Below are positions 20,307 to 29,220 of a DNA stretch of 64,000 bases, piece after piece. A program made the translations under genes and the position numbers. How positions within the stretch are numbered: position 1 is the stretch's first letter; the number at the start of each line of letters is the position of its first letter. Below the pieces are notes generated by a model, which was not told the origin of the DNA, made no database searches, and worked only from the letters and a program-made list of their open reading frames with translations. The stretch spans positions 704,001 to 768,000 of the forward strand of contig CAWFGO010000001.1 of NCBI GenBank assembly GCA_963815455.1, read 5' to 3'. Source of the stretch: an uncultured Verrucomicrobiae bacterium. Its GTDB lineage: Bacteria > Verrucomicrobiota > Verrucomicrobiia > Chthoniobacterales > UBA10450.

Positions 20307-22349
20307 CTACCTTCGAATCTTGACTACTGCCTTCCTGAACTTCGCCTTGTTTGAAAGCACATACCCATTGCCGCTGGTCAGGTTCATCTGGGCGGTCACT
20401 TTCTTGGCGTGCGGACTGTTCGCGGTCAATGTGACCGTGCCCGTAGAGGAGCCCGCCGGAATGGTGACCTGCCCAGGCGTGCCGCTCAATGTATAATCGC
20501 TGCCCAGAATCGCGTTCCCGCTCATGGAATAGTGAACCGTGATTGAGCAATTGCCCGGTCCGTGAATCGACGAAACCGTAAAGGTCGCATTCTGTCCCGC
20601 GCTCACCGTTGCCGGCGCGGCCGTCGGGTGAACCTCCAGCGGTGGACAAGACGGCGTGGGTGAAGGGCACGGACCGAATACGATCGCATCCAGGTTATCG
20701 ATCGTGGCACCGTGGTCGGTAATGACGCCGCTAGTGGTGTTAATGGTAATGAGATGCGACGATCCTATACCTTCGACCATTCCCCCGCCGGGGAGATCCG
20801 CACCGTAAAGGGTGTCGCTCGGATCAAAGGCCAGCGCGGATATTTTCTGGCTAAACCCGCCGGACATTGTTGCCACGTTCATGGGAGCCCCTGTTGTGCG
20901 ATCGATCGTCCGCAGCGGCCCATTATCGCCGCTTCCGGCGAAGTAAATTACATTTGACGAATTGGCCCCCAGGCCCGAGCCGCTCGTGCTGAGCCCTGAA
21001 GGGCCGACCTCCGTGGCAGCGCCGGTTGCCTTGTTGATCGTGTAAAGGCGGTCGCAACCCGGCTCGGCCCAGCCATAGAGCGTCCCATCGGATGCAAACG
21101 TCAAATCGGCCATGGTCTCCGGATTGCCCTCGGGTGCTCCACCACCGCCGCCGCATGTTGCGTTATAAGGACCCACCAGCGTGCCGGCCCCGTTGACCGG
21201 ATTGATCGTGATCAAATTGCTGGGATTGGAGCCCTCGCGCCCGGTCGAACCGTAGAGCACACCGGTGGTCGGATCGAAGGCCAGGCCGGTCACGGCAAAG
21301 CCGATCGGGCCGACATCCTGCACTACAGAGCCATCGGCTGGATTGAGAATGAAAAGATGACAATTTTCATTTCCCCCGGCGCCATCGGCGGCATAGAGAA
21401 CCCCGCAGTGCCCCCCGCCACCGCCGCCACCGGTAATCTCTCCCTTGAGACAAACTCCGAATAGAGTATTTCCTCCCCCGCCAGTATCGACGGTTTGAAG
21501 CTGGTTATCGGCTCCGCCGGTAGCGATGTCGAATTGGTACAGAACCCCGTTATCGAAGCTGCCTGTCCAGAATGATGTCCCGTCCGGATCGAGATTGAGC
21601 CCGAAAAAAGCGCCGGCGCCGGTGACGGAGTATGTTTGGATGACGGTGCCGCTGGCATTCAAGCGCTTCACGTTGCCGCCGTCAGCGACGAGCAGGCCGC
21701 CGCTTCCATCAAAAGGAGGCAGCAGGCGGATGGCAAAGGCGTTGCCCGAACCGGGGAGTGTGACAAAATCGGCGAGCTGTCCCAAAACGGTGTCGTACCG
21801 TTTGATGGTGCGACCTTCGCCGGTGTAAAAGAGTGTAGTCTGATTGATCGCCAGGTCGATCCAATCCGTGCCGCCGGTAAAATCGGCGCCCGCGACCGAG
21901 TAAGTCATGACCAGGTTATCTGCGGAGTCGTACTCCAAGATGGCCGCGGCCGAGGGCCCGCCGACGAAGTAGCCCCCGTTCATCTTGAATGCAATCGACT
22001 CGGGACTTGATTGACCCGCAGTAGCAAAGCTCGAACTCATGTGCGGGTCGGCATCGTCGTATTTCACGATGCGGCCATTTGAGAAATTCGTCGTATACAG
22101 CGCGGCCTGGGTTGGGCTAAATCCGCAGCCAGTGGTGAAGCCGCCGAACCCGTCCATGATCGTCTCCTTAAACGCTCCGGCATTGCTGTAAACCTTGTAG
22201 CTGCCGTTCCCTACCGCCCCGAACACATCGCCAATGACCCAGGCGGCCAGAGACGCCGGCCTCAGTTGGGGGGTCGAAATGATTAATCCTACAATCCCTA
22301 ACGCTAACGCTGTGATGCTTAATGCGATTCTGTTTCTCATGTTTCTCAT
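20307..22349 (-). CDS. secreted protein with two beta-propeller regions and C-terminal Calx-beta-like domain
   Basis: ATG 22349 after AAAGGA; signal peptide; repeated LAFDP..GVLYG blades; VHYSMSGNAILGSDY Calx-beta pattern. Confidence 0.8.
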   Translation of the reverse strand: MRNMRNRIALSITALALGIVGLIISTPQLRPASLAAWVIGDVFGAVGNGSYKVYSNAGAFKETIMDGFGGFTTGCGFSPTQAALYTTNFSNGRIVKYDDADPHMSSSFATAGQSSPESIAFKMNGGYFVGGPSAAAILEYDSADNLVMTYSVAGADFTGGTDWIDLAINQTTLFYTGEGRTIKRYDTVLGQLADFVTLPGSGNAFAIRLLPPFDGSGGLLVADGGNVKRLNASGTVIQTYSVTGAGAFFGLNLDPDGTSFWTGSFDNGVLYQFDIATGGADNQLQTVDTGGGGNTLFGVCLKGEITGGGGGGGHCGVLYAADGAGGNENCHLFILNPADGSVVQDVGPIGFAVTGLAFDPTTGVLYGSTGREGSNPSNLITINPVNGAGTLVGPYNATCGGGGGAPEGNPETMADLTFASDGTLYGWAEPGCDRLYTINKATGAATEVGPSGLSTSGSGLGANSSNVIYFAGSGDNGPLRTIDRTTGAPMNVATMSGGFSQKISALAFDPSDTLYGADLPGGGMVEGIGSSHLITINTTSGVITDHGATIDNLDAIVFGPCPSPTPSCPPLEVHPTAAPATVSAGQNATFTVSSIHGPGNCSITVHYSMSGNAILGSDYTLSGTPGQVTIPAGSSTGTVTLTANSPHAKKVTAQMNLTSGNGYVLSNKAKFRKAVVKIRR

Positions 22350-22533
22350 GGCGGATCCTTTCGTTCGATGTTTGGCCGGAGCGAAATACTCCCGACGCTG
22401 CCCCCCGAATCCCCCCCCGGCGTTCGCTCGCATTCTGTTCCGGTTTAGAACGCGTTTATCGAATCCGCCCCGATGTGACAAGCAAAATCCGCCGCCTTCG
22501 GTTATGCCAGTCTTTACGACGAACAGGGAGCTT

Positions 22534-23580
22534 TCAGGGGTGACCGGCGCTGAGCACGGCCGCTCCCTCCAGTTTTCCGGAACGAAATCTCTCGATCGCA
22601 ATGTTGGCGTCTTCGAGTCGAAACGTTTCCGCTTTTGCTTTTATCGGCACCCGCGGCGCGATCTTAAAAAATTCCTCGCCGTCTTGCCTTGTTAAATTTG
22701 CGACGGACGTGATCACGCGCTCCTCCCAGAGATCAGCATAGGGAAACGACGGGATGTCGCTCATGTGAATGCCGCCGCACACCACCACGCCACCTTTGGC
22801 CAGCGCGTGGAGCGCCGCGGGAACAAGCGGCCCGACCGATGCAAAGATGATCGCGGCATCGAGTTTTTGCGGCGGCGTTTCATCGGAGCCGCCAGCCCAC
22901 ACCGCGCCTAGTTCTTTCGCCGATTCCTGCGTTGCTCTGTCGCCCGGCCGGGTAAAGGCAAAAACCTCGCGACCCTCATGCAGCGCAATCTGCGCGATCA
23001 AGTGCGCGGCATTGCCAAATCCATAGATGCCAAGCCGGCGGGCGTCACCCGTTTTTCGATACGAACGATAGCCGATCAATCCCGCACACAACAGCGGCGC
23101 AACAGCCGCCTCCGCCGAGGCTCCGGCGCCCAAGTCGACATCGAAAAGCGCGTCAGGCAAGTGAAAACAGTAGCGCGCATCAGCCACAGTGAACTCGGCA
23201 TATCCGCCGTCGACGGTATAGCCCGTGAATTTCGCACGGTCGCAAAGATTCTCCCGGTTCGATCGGCAATAGACGCAGTCGCCATCAGTCCACCCAAGCC
23301 ACGGAATGCCGACGCGATCTCCGATCGCGAATGTCGAAGCTCGAATGCCGAATGACGAAGGAATCTCGGGGCCAATTTCCTCAATGCGGCCGACAATTTG
23401 ATGTCCGAGAATGAGCGGCAGTTTCGGTTCGGGCAATTCACCATCGACAATGTGCAAATCGGTCCGGCAAACCGCGCACGCCGCCACCCGCACTAGCAAC
23501 TGTCCCTTTCCTGGTTTCGGTTTCGGAACATCGCGCAGTTCGAGGGGTCGCCCCGGCTTCTCAAAAACCATCGCACGCAT
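22534..23580 (-). CDS. zinc-dependent alcohol dehydrogenase (AdhA-like)
   Basis: CAVCRTDLH, LGHQIVG, GDRVGIPW, APLLCAGLIGYR, GIYGFG. Confidence 0.95.
   Translation of the reverse strand: MRAMVFEKPGRPLELRDVPKPKPGKGQLLVRVAACAVCRTDLHIVDGELPEPKLPLILGHQIVGRIEEIGPEIPSSFGIRASTFAIGDRVGIPWLGWTDGDCVYCRSNRENLCDRAKFTGYTVDGGYAEFTVADARYCFHLPDALFDVDLGAGASAEAAVAPLLCAGLIGYRSYRKTGDARRLGIYGFGNAAHLIAQIALHEGREVFAFTRPGDRATQESAKELGAVWAGGSDETPPQKLDAAIIFASVGPLVPAALHALAKGGVVVCGGIHMSDIPSFPYADLWEERVITSVANLTRQDGEEFFKIAPRVPIKAKAETFRLEDANIAIERFRSGKLEGAAVLSAGHP
23106..23128. repeat. REP-like F1 copy inside the ADH coding sequence
   Basis: ccgcctccgccgaggctccggcg is 21/23 identical to the reverse complement of 24730-24752. 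Confidence 0.75.
23328..23362. repeat. 5x heptamer repeat (CGAANNN) inside the ADH coding sequence
   Basis: cgaatgt cgaagct cgaatgc cgaatga cgaagga. Confidence 0.8.
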
Positions 23581-23590
23581 GTCGATCTTC

Positions 23591-24634
23591 CTAATTCGAT
23601 GTTGGATGTTCGGCGTTGGACGTTCGGCGTTTTCTTTTTCGCTGCAACCCCGCTTTCTCTTCAGATGAAAGAAACGCTGCCTCCAGCGCGTTGATTTGTG
23701 CCTGCCGGATTTGTTCCCGCGAAAGCCCGGCCCCGGTCGCAGCGACTTCAAACTCGTGCCGCAAATCGATCGCGCTTACGCCCGGATCATCCGTGTTGAT
23801 CGATGCCAGCAAACCGCGTTCGAGCATTTCGCGCAATGGATGACTCGCCAGGTCCGGCACGGTGCTCGTCTGCAAATTGCTGGTCAGGTTTGCTTCGATC
23901 CCGATTCGGCTCTCCCGAAGAAAATCCACCAGCGCCGCGTCTTCCATCGCCCGCACACCGTGGCCGATTCGCTCCGCGCCGAGCAAGCGGACCGCGTCCC
24001 ATACGCTTTCCGGTCCGGCGCTTTCACCCGCATGAACCGTGACCCGCCAGCCGGCGTCGCGTCCTCGCCGGAAATGTTCGGTGAAAAGTTTCGCGGGAAA
24101 TTTGGCTTCGTCACCGGCAAGATCGAGAGCGATGATCTGCTCGGGCCGGGTGAGCAAGGCATCGAGTTCTTTTTGGGCAATCTCCGGACCGTATGTGCGG
24201 CTAAGAATTCCGATCAAATTTACCCGAACCCCGGTAGCCTGCGCGCCTTCGGCCGCACCTTCAACCACCGCGGCTACTACCCGGGCGGGACCGAGCCGGT
24301 GTGGTTCGGCCATGAACCATGGGCTAAACCGCAGCTCGATGTAATCGATCCCTTCGCGTTTCGCGTCCTCCACGTTTTCGCGGGCAATTCGCCGGCAGGC
24401 GTCGGCATCGCCCAGCACCGCTGTCATCCAAAGCATTTTCCCGATAAAGGCCATCACGCCCGGTTGACGCTCGATCACCTGCACATGTGGCCGCAATTCC
24501 TCGATCGTAGTGCCGGGCAATTTAACTCGGTGGCGTTTGCCCAACTCCAGGATCGTAGCCAATCGGACGCTCCCGTCGATGTGCCGGTGCAAATCGATCA
24601 ACGGAAAATTCCTATCGATATTCGATTCGCTCAT
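23591..24634 (-). CDS. add: adenosine deaminase
   Basis: [40 protein letters not shown]. Confidence 0.96.
   Translation of the reverse strand: MSESNIDRNFPLIDLHRHIDGSVRLATILELGKRHRVKLPGTTIEELRPHVQVIERQPGVMAFIGKMLWMTAVLGDADACRRIARENVEDAKREGIDYIELRFSPWFMAEPHRLGPARVVAAVVEGAAEGAQATGVRVNLIGILSRTYGPEIAQKELDALLTRPEQIIALDLAGDEAKFPAKLFTEHFRRGRDAGWRVTVHAGESAGPESVWDAVRLLGAERIGHGVRAMEDAALVDFLRESRIGIEANLTSNLQTSTVPDLASHPLREMLERGLLASINTDDPGVSAIDLRHEFEVAATGAGLSREQIRQAQINALEAAFLSSEEKAGLQRKRKRRTSNAEHPTSN
23595..23629. repeat. 5x heptamer repeat forming the add 3' end
   Basis: ttcgatg ttggatg ttcggcg ttggacg ttcggcg. Confidence 0.8.
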
Positions 24635-24650
24635 CGCCCATGAAATTCAT

Positions 24651-24753
24651 AACCGCAGATGACGCGGATATCACGGACTAACGTCAAGGCGGGCCAGCCA
24701 CGCCGCGCCGACCGAAGGCGGGCCTGCCACGCCGTAGCCTCGGCGAAGGCGGG
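24651..24753. repeat. composite repeat: 9-mer tract plus tandem REP-like F1 units
   Basis: aaccgcagat-gacgcggat-atcacggac (similar to 2702-2730), then aaggcgggccWgccacgccg at 24686 and 24715 and aaggcggg at 24746. Confidence 0.8.
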
Positions 24754-24790
24754 TTGAGAGGCGCAATTCCTGCGGTAGAATGTTTCCAGG

Positions 24791-25006
24791 ATGCTTGAGA
24801 CGATTATCGGGTGCTTAAAATGGGCCGTCGTCGGGTTCATCGTGGCGTTCGCGCTGATGAAACTTTACGAGGCCAGCCACATTTACGACGACATCCCGAA
24901 GCCTGAATTCAAGGTCCGGCAAGCCAAACGCGCCGCTTTGGTGCTTTCCACTTTTGCCGCCATGCTCTCGGCCCTTGTCTGGTTGCTCGTGCAGGCGTGG
25001 GACTGA
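24791..25006 (+). CDS. small two-TM membrane protein
   Basis: 71-aa ORF with two hydrophobic segments; TAGAAT 9 nt upstream. Confidence 0.7.
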   Translation: MLETIIGCLKWAVVGFIVAFALMKLYEASHIYDDIPKPEFKVRQAKRAALVLSTFAAMLSALVWLLVQAWD

Positions 25007-25019
25007 GGCCAGAGGAAAC

Positions 25020-25376
25020 TCATCGGTGAGGCATTGCGATCGAGTACGTAACCAGCGCGCAAACCGCCACCATTCCGATCATGGCAAAGATGAATATTCC
25101 ATCGGCGAATCGTTCCAACCGATGCATCCTCTTCGATCCGCGTGAGCGAAGTGCCCAGTAGGAAAGAAGGCAGGACATCAGAAATAGCAGCGCGTCCATT
25201 GCCAGGACATCATCGGCAAGTGTGTCGGCGCTTCCGAGTGTAATAACGACCCGGATCAGCCCGATAACAGTCAGACAGACACCGACCATGGCTGAGGAAA
25301 CGGTAAAAATGTGGATGCAAATGTCCTGTTCGAGGCGGTTGTCTTGGTTCCTCCGCCGCTCTGGCCCTGATTTCAT
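25020..25376 (-). CDS. conserved small membrane protein (3 TM)
   Basis: HIFTVSSAMVGVCLTVIGL...LFLMSCLLSY...LERFADGIF; likely ATG 25376. Confidence 0.8.
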   Translation of the reverse strand: MKSGPERRRNQDNRLEQDICIHIFTVSSAMVGVCLTVIGLIRVVITLGSADTLADDVLAMDALLFLMSCLLSYWALRSRGSKRMHRLERFADGIFIFAMIGMVAVCALVTYSIAMPHR

Positions 25377-25434
25377 GGATTCGGTGTTTTTGGACAACGG
25401 ACGAATCCGTCCGTTCAGTGAATTGCCTGCTGCA

Positions 25435-25470
25435 ATCTTGCTCTTGCTGATGCTCTTGCTCACTCTCCTG
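25435..25470. repeat. hexamer tandem repeat (CTCTTG-type)
   Basis: atcttg ctcttg ctgatg ctcttg ctcact ctcctg; reverse complement of the tract at 3651-3668. Confidence 0.7.
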
Positions 25471-25475
25471 GAAGC

Positions 25476-26852
25476 GTGAAATTTATTAACCTGACGCGCC
25501 GCACCGAAATCGGCGCCAATTCGTATTACATCGAGCTCGGCGGACGCGGCATCGTGCTCGATAGCGGAATGCATCCGAAAGAGGCCGGGGAAGATGCGTT
25601 GCCCAATTTCAAACCGATCCGGGATCGGCAGATCGACGCAGTCCTAATCTCGCACGCGCACCAGGACCACATCGGCACGCTGCCGGTGCTGATGCAGCGC
25701 CAGCCCGATGCCCGCGTTTTTATGACCGAACCGACGGCCGAGATCGGCGACGCGCTTCTGCATAATTCGGTCAATGTGATGATGCGGCAGCGCGAAGAGC
25801 TTGGCGCAGTTTTATACCCCCTCTTCACTCATCGCGGAGTCGATCGCGCATCCGATCTTTGGCGATCGTGCCCGATGCGACAGCCGATTTCGATCACTGG
25901 CGACCGCGCTTCTGCTCGCGACCCGGACGATCTAGTGTTTGAGTTTTACGACGCGGGTCATGTTCTCGGCTCCGCTGGAATTCTGCTCCGGGCCGAGGGT
26001 CGCGCGATCTTCTACACCGGCGACGTAAACTTCGACGATCAAACGATCATGCAGGCGGCGGTTTTTCCAAAGGAGAAGATCGACATCCTGATCATGGAAT
26101 GCACCCGTGGCGACCATGCTCAGGACCCGGGCTGGACGCGCGCCGGGGAGGAACGACGTCTGGCCGAGGCGATCGGCGAAGCGTTCCAGCGCGGTGGTTG
26201 CGTGCTCATTCCGGTGTTCGCTTTGGGCAAAACCCAGGAATTGCTCGCGATGCTTTACAAATTTCGGCGCGAAGGAGTGCTGAGCGAGTTCCCGATTTAC
26301 ATCGGCGGCCTCAGCTCGAAGATGACCGATATTTACGATCGCCGCGCCGCCATGAGCCGGCGGCAACTGCCCCGGTTGCAATTAATGCATGAACCCGGGC
26401 CGTTCATTCTGAATGGAGAGAGTATTCGCGACGCTCCCGCGCGCGCCGGCCGGGTTTACGCGCTCTCCAGCGGAATGATGACTCCGAAAACGCTTTCCAA
26501 TATTTTCGCGCGTCGCGTCATTGAAAACCTGCAGCACTCAGTCTTTTTTGTTGGCTACGCCGACCCGGCATCCCCAGCCGGCCTTCTGCGCGACGCGCCG
26601 CAAGGCGGCGAAGTCGCTCTCGATCCCGACGAACCCGCGCAGCGCATCCGCTGCAATCTCAAGCAGTTTCAATTTAGCGCCCACGCCTCGCGGGAAGCGC
26701 TGATCGATTACGCCAAAGAACTTTCCCCGAAGAAAATCGTCCTCATCCACGGCGATCCGCCCGCGGTTGAATGGATGCGATCAACGCTCAGCGCCGGCTT
26801 GCCAAACACGGAAGTGATCGTGCCGACACCTGGTATGGAATTGGAACTGTAG
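25476..26852 (+). CDS. MBL-fold beta-CASP ribonuclease family protein
   Basis: SHAHQDH, AGHVLGS, YTGD, PVFALGKTQE, FSAHA, LIHGD. Confidence 0.93.
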   Translation: MKFINLTRRTEIGANSYYIELGGRGIVLDSGMHPKEAGEDALPNFKPIRDRQIDAVLISHAHQDHIGTLPVLMQRQPDARVFMTEPTAEIGDALLHNSVNVMMRQREELGAVLYPLFTHRGVDRASDLWRSCPMRQPISITGDRASARDPDDLVFEFYDAGHVLGSAGILLRAEGRAIFYTGDVNFDDQTIMQAAVFPKEKIDILIMECTRGDHAQDPGWTRAGEERRLAEAIGEAFQRGGCVLIPVFALGKTQELLAMLYKFRREGVLSEFPIYIGGLSSKMTDIYDRRAAMSRRQLPRLQLMHEPGPFILNGESIRDAPARAGRVYALSSGMMTPKTLSNIFARRVIENLQHSVFFVGYADPASPAGLLRDAPQGGEVALDPDEPAQRIRCNLKQFQFSAHASREALIDYAKELSPKKIVLIHGDPPAVEWMRSTLSAGLPNTEVIVPTPGMELEL

Positions 26853-26857
26853 TCTCG

Positions 26858-26949
26858 GTCATCCTGAGCGAAGCGCAGCGAAGTCGAAGGATCCCGTTGC
26901 CTACCTTTAAGAAAACGCCACGGGATCCCTCGGCTACGCTCGGGGTGAC
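26858..26949. repeat. long palindromic REP/RPE-like element (family F2)
   Basis: gtcatcctgagcgaagc...cgaaggatcccgt pairs with acgggatccctcggctacgctcggggtgac. Confidence 0.85.
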
Positions 26950-26951
26950 AG

Positions 26952-27662
26952 TTACTCCCTCGCCCCGCCCGTCATCGGAACAAACCGAACAGGAAAAAGC
27001 GCGCCTTCGCGCAGCTCGCCGTTTCGTTTTTCCAGGAGATACAACTCCTGAGCGACCCGATCCCCCACCGGAATAATCATGCGCCCACCCTCTTTCAGTT
27101 GTTCGACCAGTCGCCGCGGCACATGATCCGGCGCGCAGGTTACAATAATCGCGTCGAATGGCGCCATTTCCGGCCAGCCTTTGTAACCGTCTCCCGCTTT
27201 TGCGTGAACGTTCCTGTATCCTAGGCGCTGAAGCGTCGCCTGCGCGGTTTGCAGCAGTGGCTCGACAATTTCAATCGAGTAAACCTCGGCCACCAGCTCG
27301 GCGAGAATCGCAGCTTGATAACCGGAGCCTGTGCCAACTTCCAGAACTCGATCGTTAGGCAACAGCCGCAATTTTTCGGTCATCAAAGCAACGATGTATG
27401 GTTGCGAGATCGTCTGACCGTAACCGATCGGCAACGGCCCATCCGAGTAGCTCGCACCGCGCATCTCTCGCGGCACAAACTCTTCCCGCGGCACCTTCGA
27501 CATCGCCGCCAGCACGCGCTCGTCGCCAATATCGCGCGCCATCAATTGTTCCTGCACCATTCGTTGCCGCTCGGCCGCGAACTCGCCGGCCGGCGTCGGA
27601 TCACGGTGGCACCCCGGACAGACCAGCAACGCGAGCGCAATGCATAGCTGAACCGGTCGCAT
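26952..27662 (-). CDS. pcm: protein-L-isoaspartate O-methyltransferase with N-terminal signal-like segment
   Basis: VPREEFVP, PIGYGQTISQPYIVA, VLEVGTGSGYQAA, APFDAIIVT, VRFVPM. Confidence 0.95.
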   Translation of the reverse strand: MRPVQLCIALALLVCPGCHRDPTPAGEFAAERQRMVQEQLMARDIGDERVLAAMSKVPREEFVPREMRGASYSDGPLPIGYGQTISQPYIVALMTEKLRLLPNDRVLEVGTGSGYQAAILAELVAEVYSIEIVEPLLQTAQATLQRLGYRNVHAKAGDGYKGWPEMAPFDAIIVTCAPDHVPRRLVEQLKEGGRMIIPVGDRVAQELYLLEKRNGELREGALFPVRFVPMTGGARE

Positions 27663-27675
27663 GCCACACCCTCTT

Positions 27676-27702
27676 GTCATTCCGAGCGAAGTCGAGGAAC
27701 CT
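27676..27702. repeat. half copy of palindromic family F2
   Basis: gtcattccgagcgaagtcgaggaacct resembles 26858-26895. Confidence 0.75.
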
Positions 27703-27715
27703 CTAGCTGTTTTCT

Positions 27716-29191
27716 GTGAAGGAAAAACGCAGCACCCTTGAGCAATCCCGGTTCCGAGGATTGCCCGGAACGATTCTCGATCGCGCATTCGCGAAGATCG
27801 ACATCGCCTCGCTCGTTTTTTTTCGAATCGCATTCGGTCTATTGATGATTTGGATGGTGGCGCGGGTGTGGAACCGCGGTCTGATTGCAGCGTGGTGGAT
27901 CAACGCGCATTTCCATTTCAAATACGCCGGATTTTCCTGGGTGGAACCGTGGCCGGGGAACGGACTTTACATTCACTGGATCGTTCTCGGCGTTCTCGCT
28001 TTGTTCATCGCGGTCGGGTTTCTCTACCGCATCAGTGCCGCGCTCTTTTGTCTTAGCCACACTTATTTCTTCCTGCTCGATCAAGGCCGTTACGTAAATC
28101 ACACCTACCTCATTTGCCTCTTCAGCTTTCTCCTGATCTTTGTCCCGGCCCATCGCGCATTCTCGATCGATGTCTGGCTCAATCCGAAGCTGCGCTCACA
28201 GACCGCGCCCATGTGGTCGCTCTGGCTGCTACGGATGCAAATGGCGGTGGTCTATTTTTTTGCCGGCATCGCCAAGATCACGCCCGACTGGTTCCAGGGC
28301 GAACCGATGCGATTTTGGCTGGACCGGCGCGCGCATTTTCCGGTGTTCGATCACTTCTTCCATGAGGAGTGGGCAGTCTACGCCGCGAGTTACGGCTCGC
28401 TCCTGCTCGATCTGTCTCTGGCGCCATTCCTTTTCTGGCGACGAACCCGGGTGCCGGCGTTTTTCGCCGCGGTTACTTTTCATCTCTTGAACGAATGGAT
28501 TTTCCCGCTCGACATCTTTCCCTGGCTGGCGATCGCCGCGACTACGCTGTTTCTTTCGCCGAGTTGGCCGCGGCGGGTTTTCTCACGACGACAGAGCGAC
28601 GAACTCCCGACCTTGATTCCCAAGTCACCCGCGTTCTGTGCCGTGGCTACAACGAGCGAGCTGCCAGCTACATGGAAGCAAAAGTTGGTGCTGAGTTTCG
28701 TGACGATCTACGTGGCAATCCAAATATTGGTCCCGCTGCGCAATTTCCTTCATCGCGGCGGGATTGAATGGACTTACATGGAACACCGTTTCAGCTGGCA
28801 GATGATGCTGCGGGTCGACGCGATGGCCACATACATTTACGTCACCGATCCCAATTCGGGACGCACGTTGGAGATTCGACCGAGAAAGTATCTCGATTCG
28901 CAACAGATGCGGCGCATGGGCTGGCGGCCCGACATGGTTTGGCAGTTTGTCCGTTTTCTCGGCCGCTCGATACCGCATCTCGGCCCCAAACCGCTTCAAA
29001 TAGAAACGCGCATGCTCGTTTCCATCAACGGACGCAAGCCGCAGCTCTTTCTCGATCCCACTGTCGATCTTGTCGCCGAACCGCGCCCCTGGGCCCGGCC
29101 CCGCTGGCTTCTGCAAATCAATGACCCGCTCCCGCCTCTTGAAGAACGCCTCTCATCCAGGCCGCGCCCAGCGAGTACCGAGGACGACTAA
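27716..29191 (+). CDS. HTTM-domain vitamin K-dependent gamma-carboxylase-like membrane protein
   Basis: SLVFFRIAFG, YVNHTYL, VYFFAGIAKITPDW, RFSWQMML, PDMVWQF, VSINGR..Q..LDP.VDL. Confidence 0.9.
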   Translation: MKEKRSTLEQSRFRGLPGTILDRAFAKIDIASLVFFRIAFGLLMIWMVARVWNRGLIAAWWINAHFHFKYAGFSWVEPWPGNGLYIHWIVLGVLALFIAVGFLYRISAALFCLSHTYFFLLDQGRYVNHTYLICLFSFLLIFVPAHRAFSIDVWLNPKLRSQTAPMWSLWLLRMQMAVVYFFAGIAKITPDWFQGEPMRFWLDRRAHFPVFDHFFHEEWAVYAASYGSLLLDLSLAPFLFWRRTRVPAFFAAVTFHLLNEWIFPLDIFPWLAIAATTLFLSPSWPRRVFSRRQSDELPTLIPKSPAFCAVATTSELPATWKQKLVLSFVTIYVAIQILVPLRNFLHRGGIEWTYMEHRFSWQMMLRVDAMATYIYVTDPNSGRTLEIRPRKYLDSQQMRRMGWRPDMVWQFVRFLGRSIPHLGPKPLQIETRMLVSINGRKPQLFLDPTVDLVAEPRPWARPRWLLQINDPLPPLEERLSSRPRPASTEDD

Positions 29192-29192
29192 A

Positions 29193-29212
29193 TTCTTCGT
29201 GTCTTTCGTGGT
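29193..29212. repeat. 9-mer repeat (CTTCGTGTC family)
   Basis: ttcttcgtgtctttcgtggt; longer copy at 33611-33640. Confidence 0.7.
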
Positions 29213-29220
29213 GGAAAGAA

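Noticed and set aside
24686..24753. Mini CRISPR array
   Set aside because: Units about 20 nt with 9-11 nt spacers, only 2-3 copies, no cas genes; matches the dispersed REP-like family.
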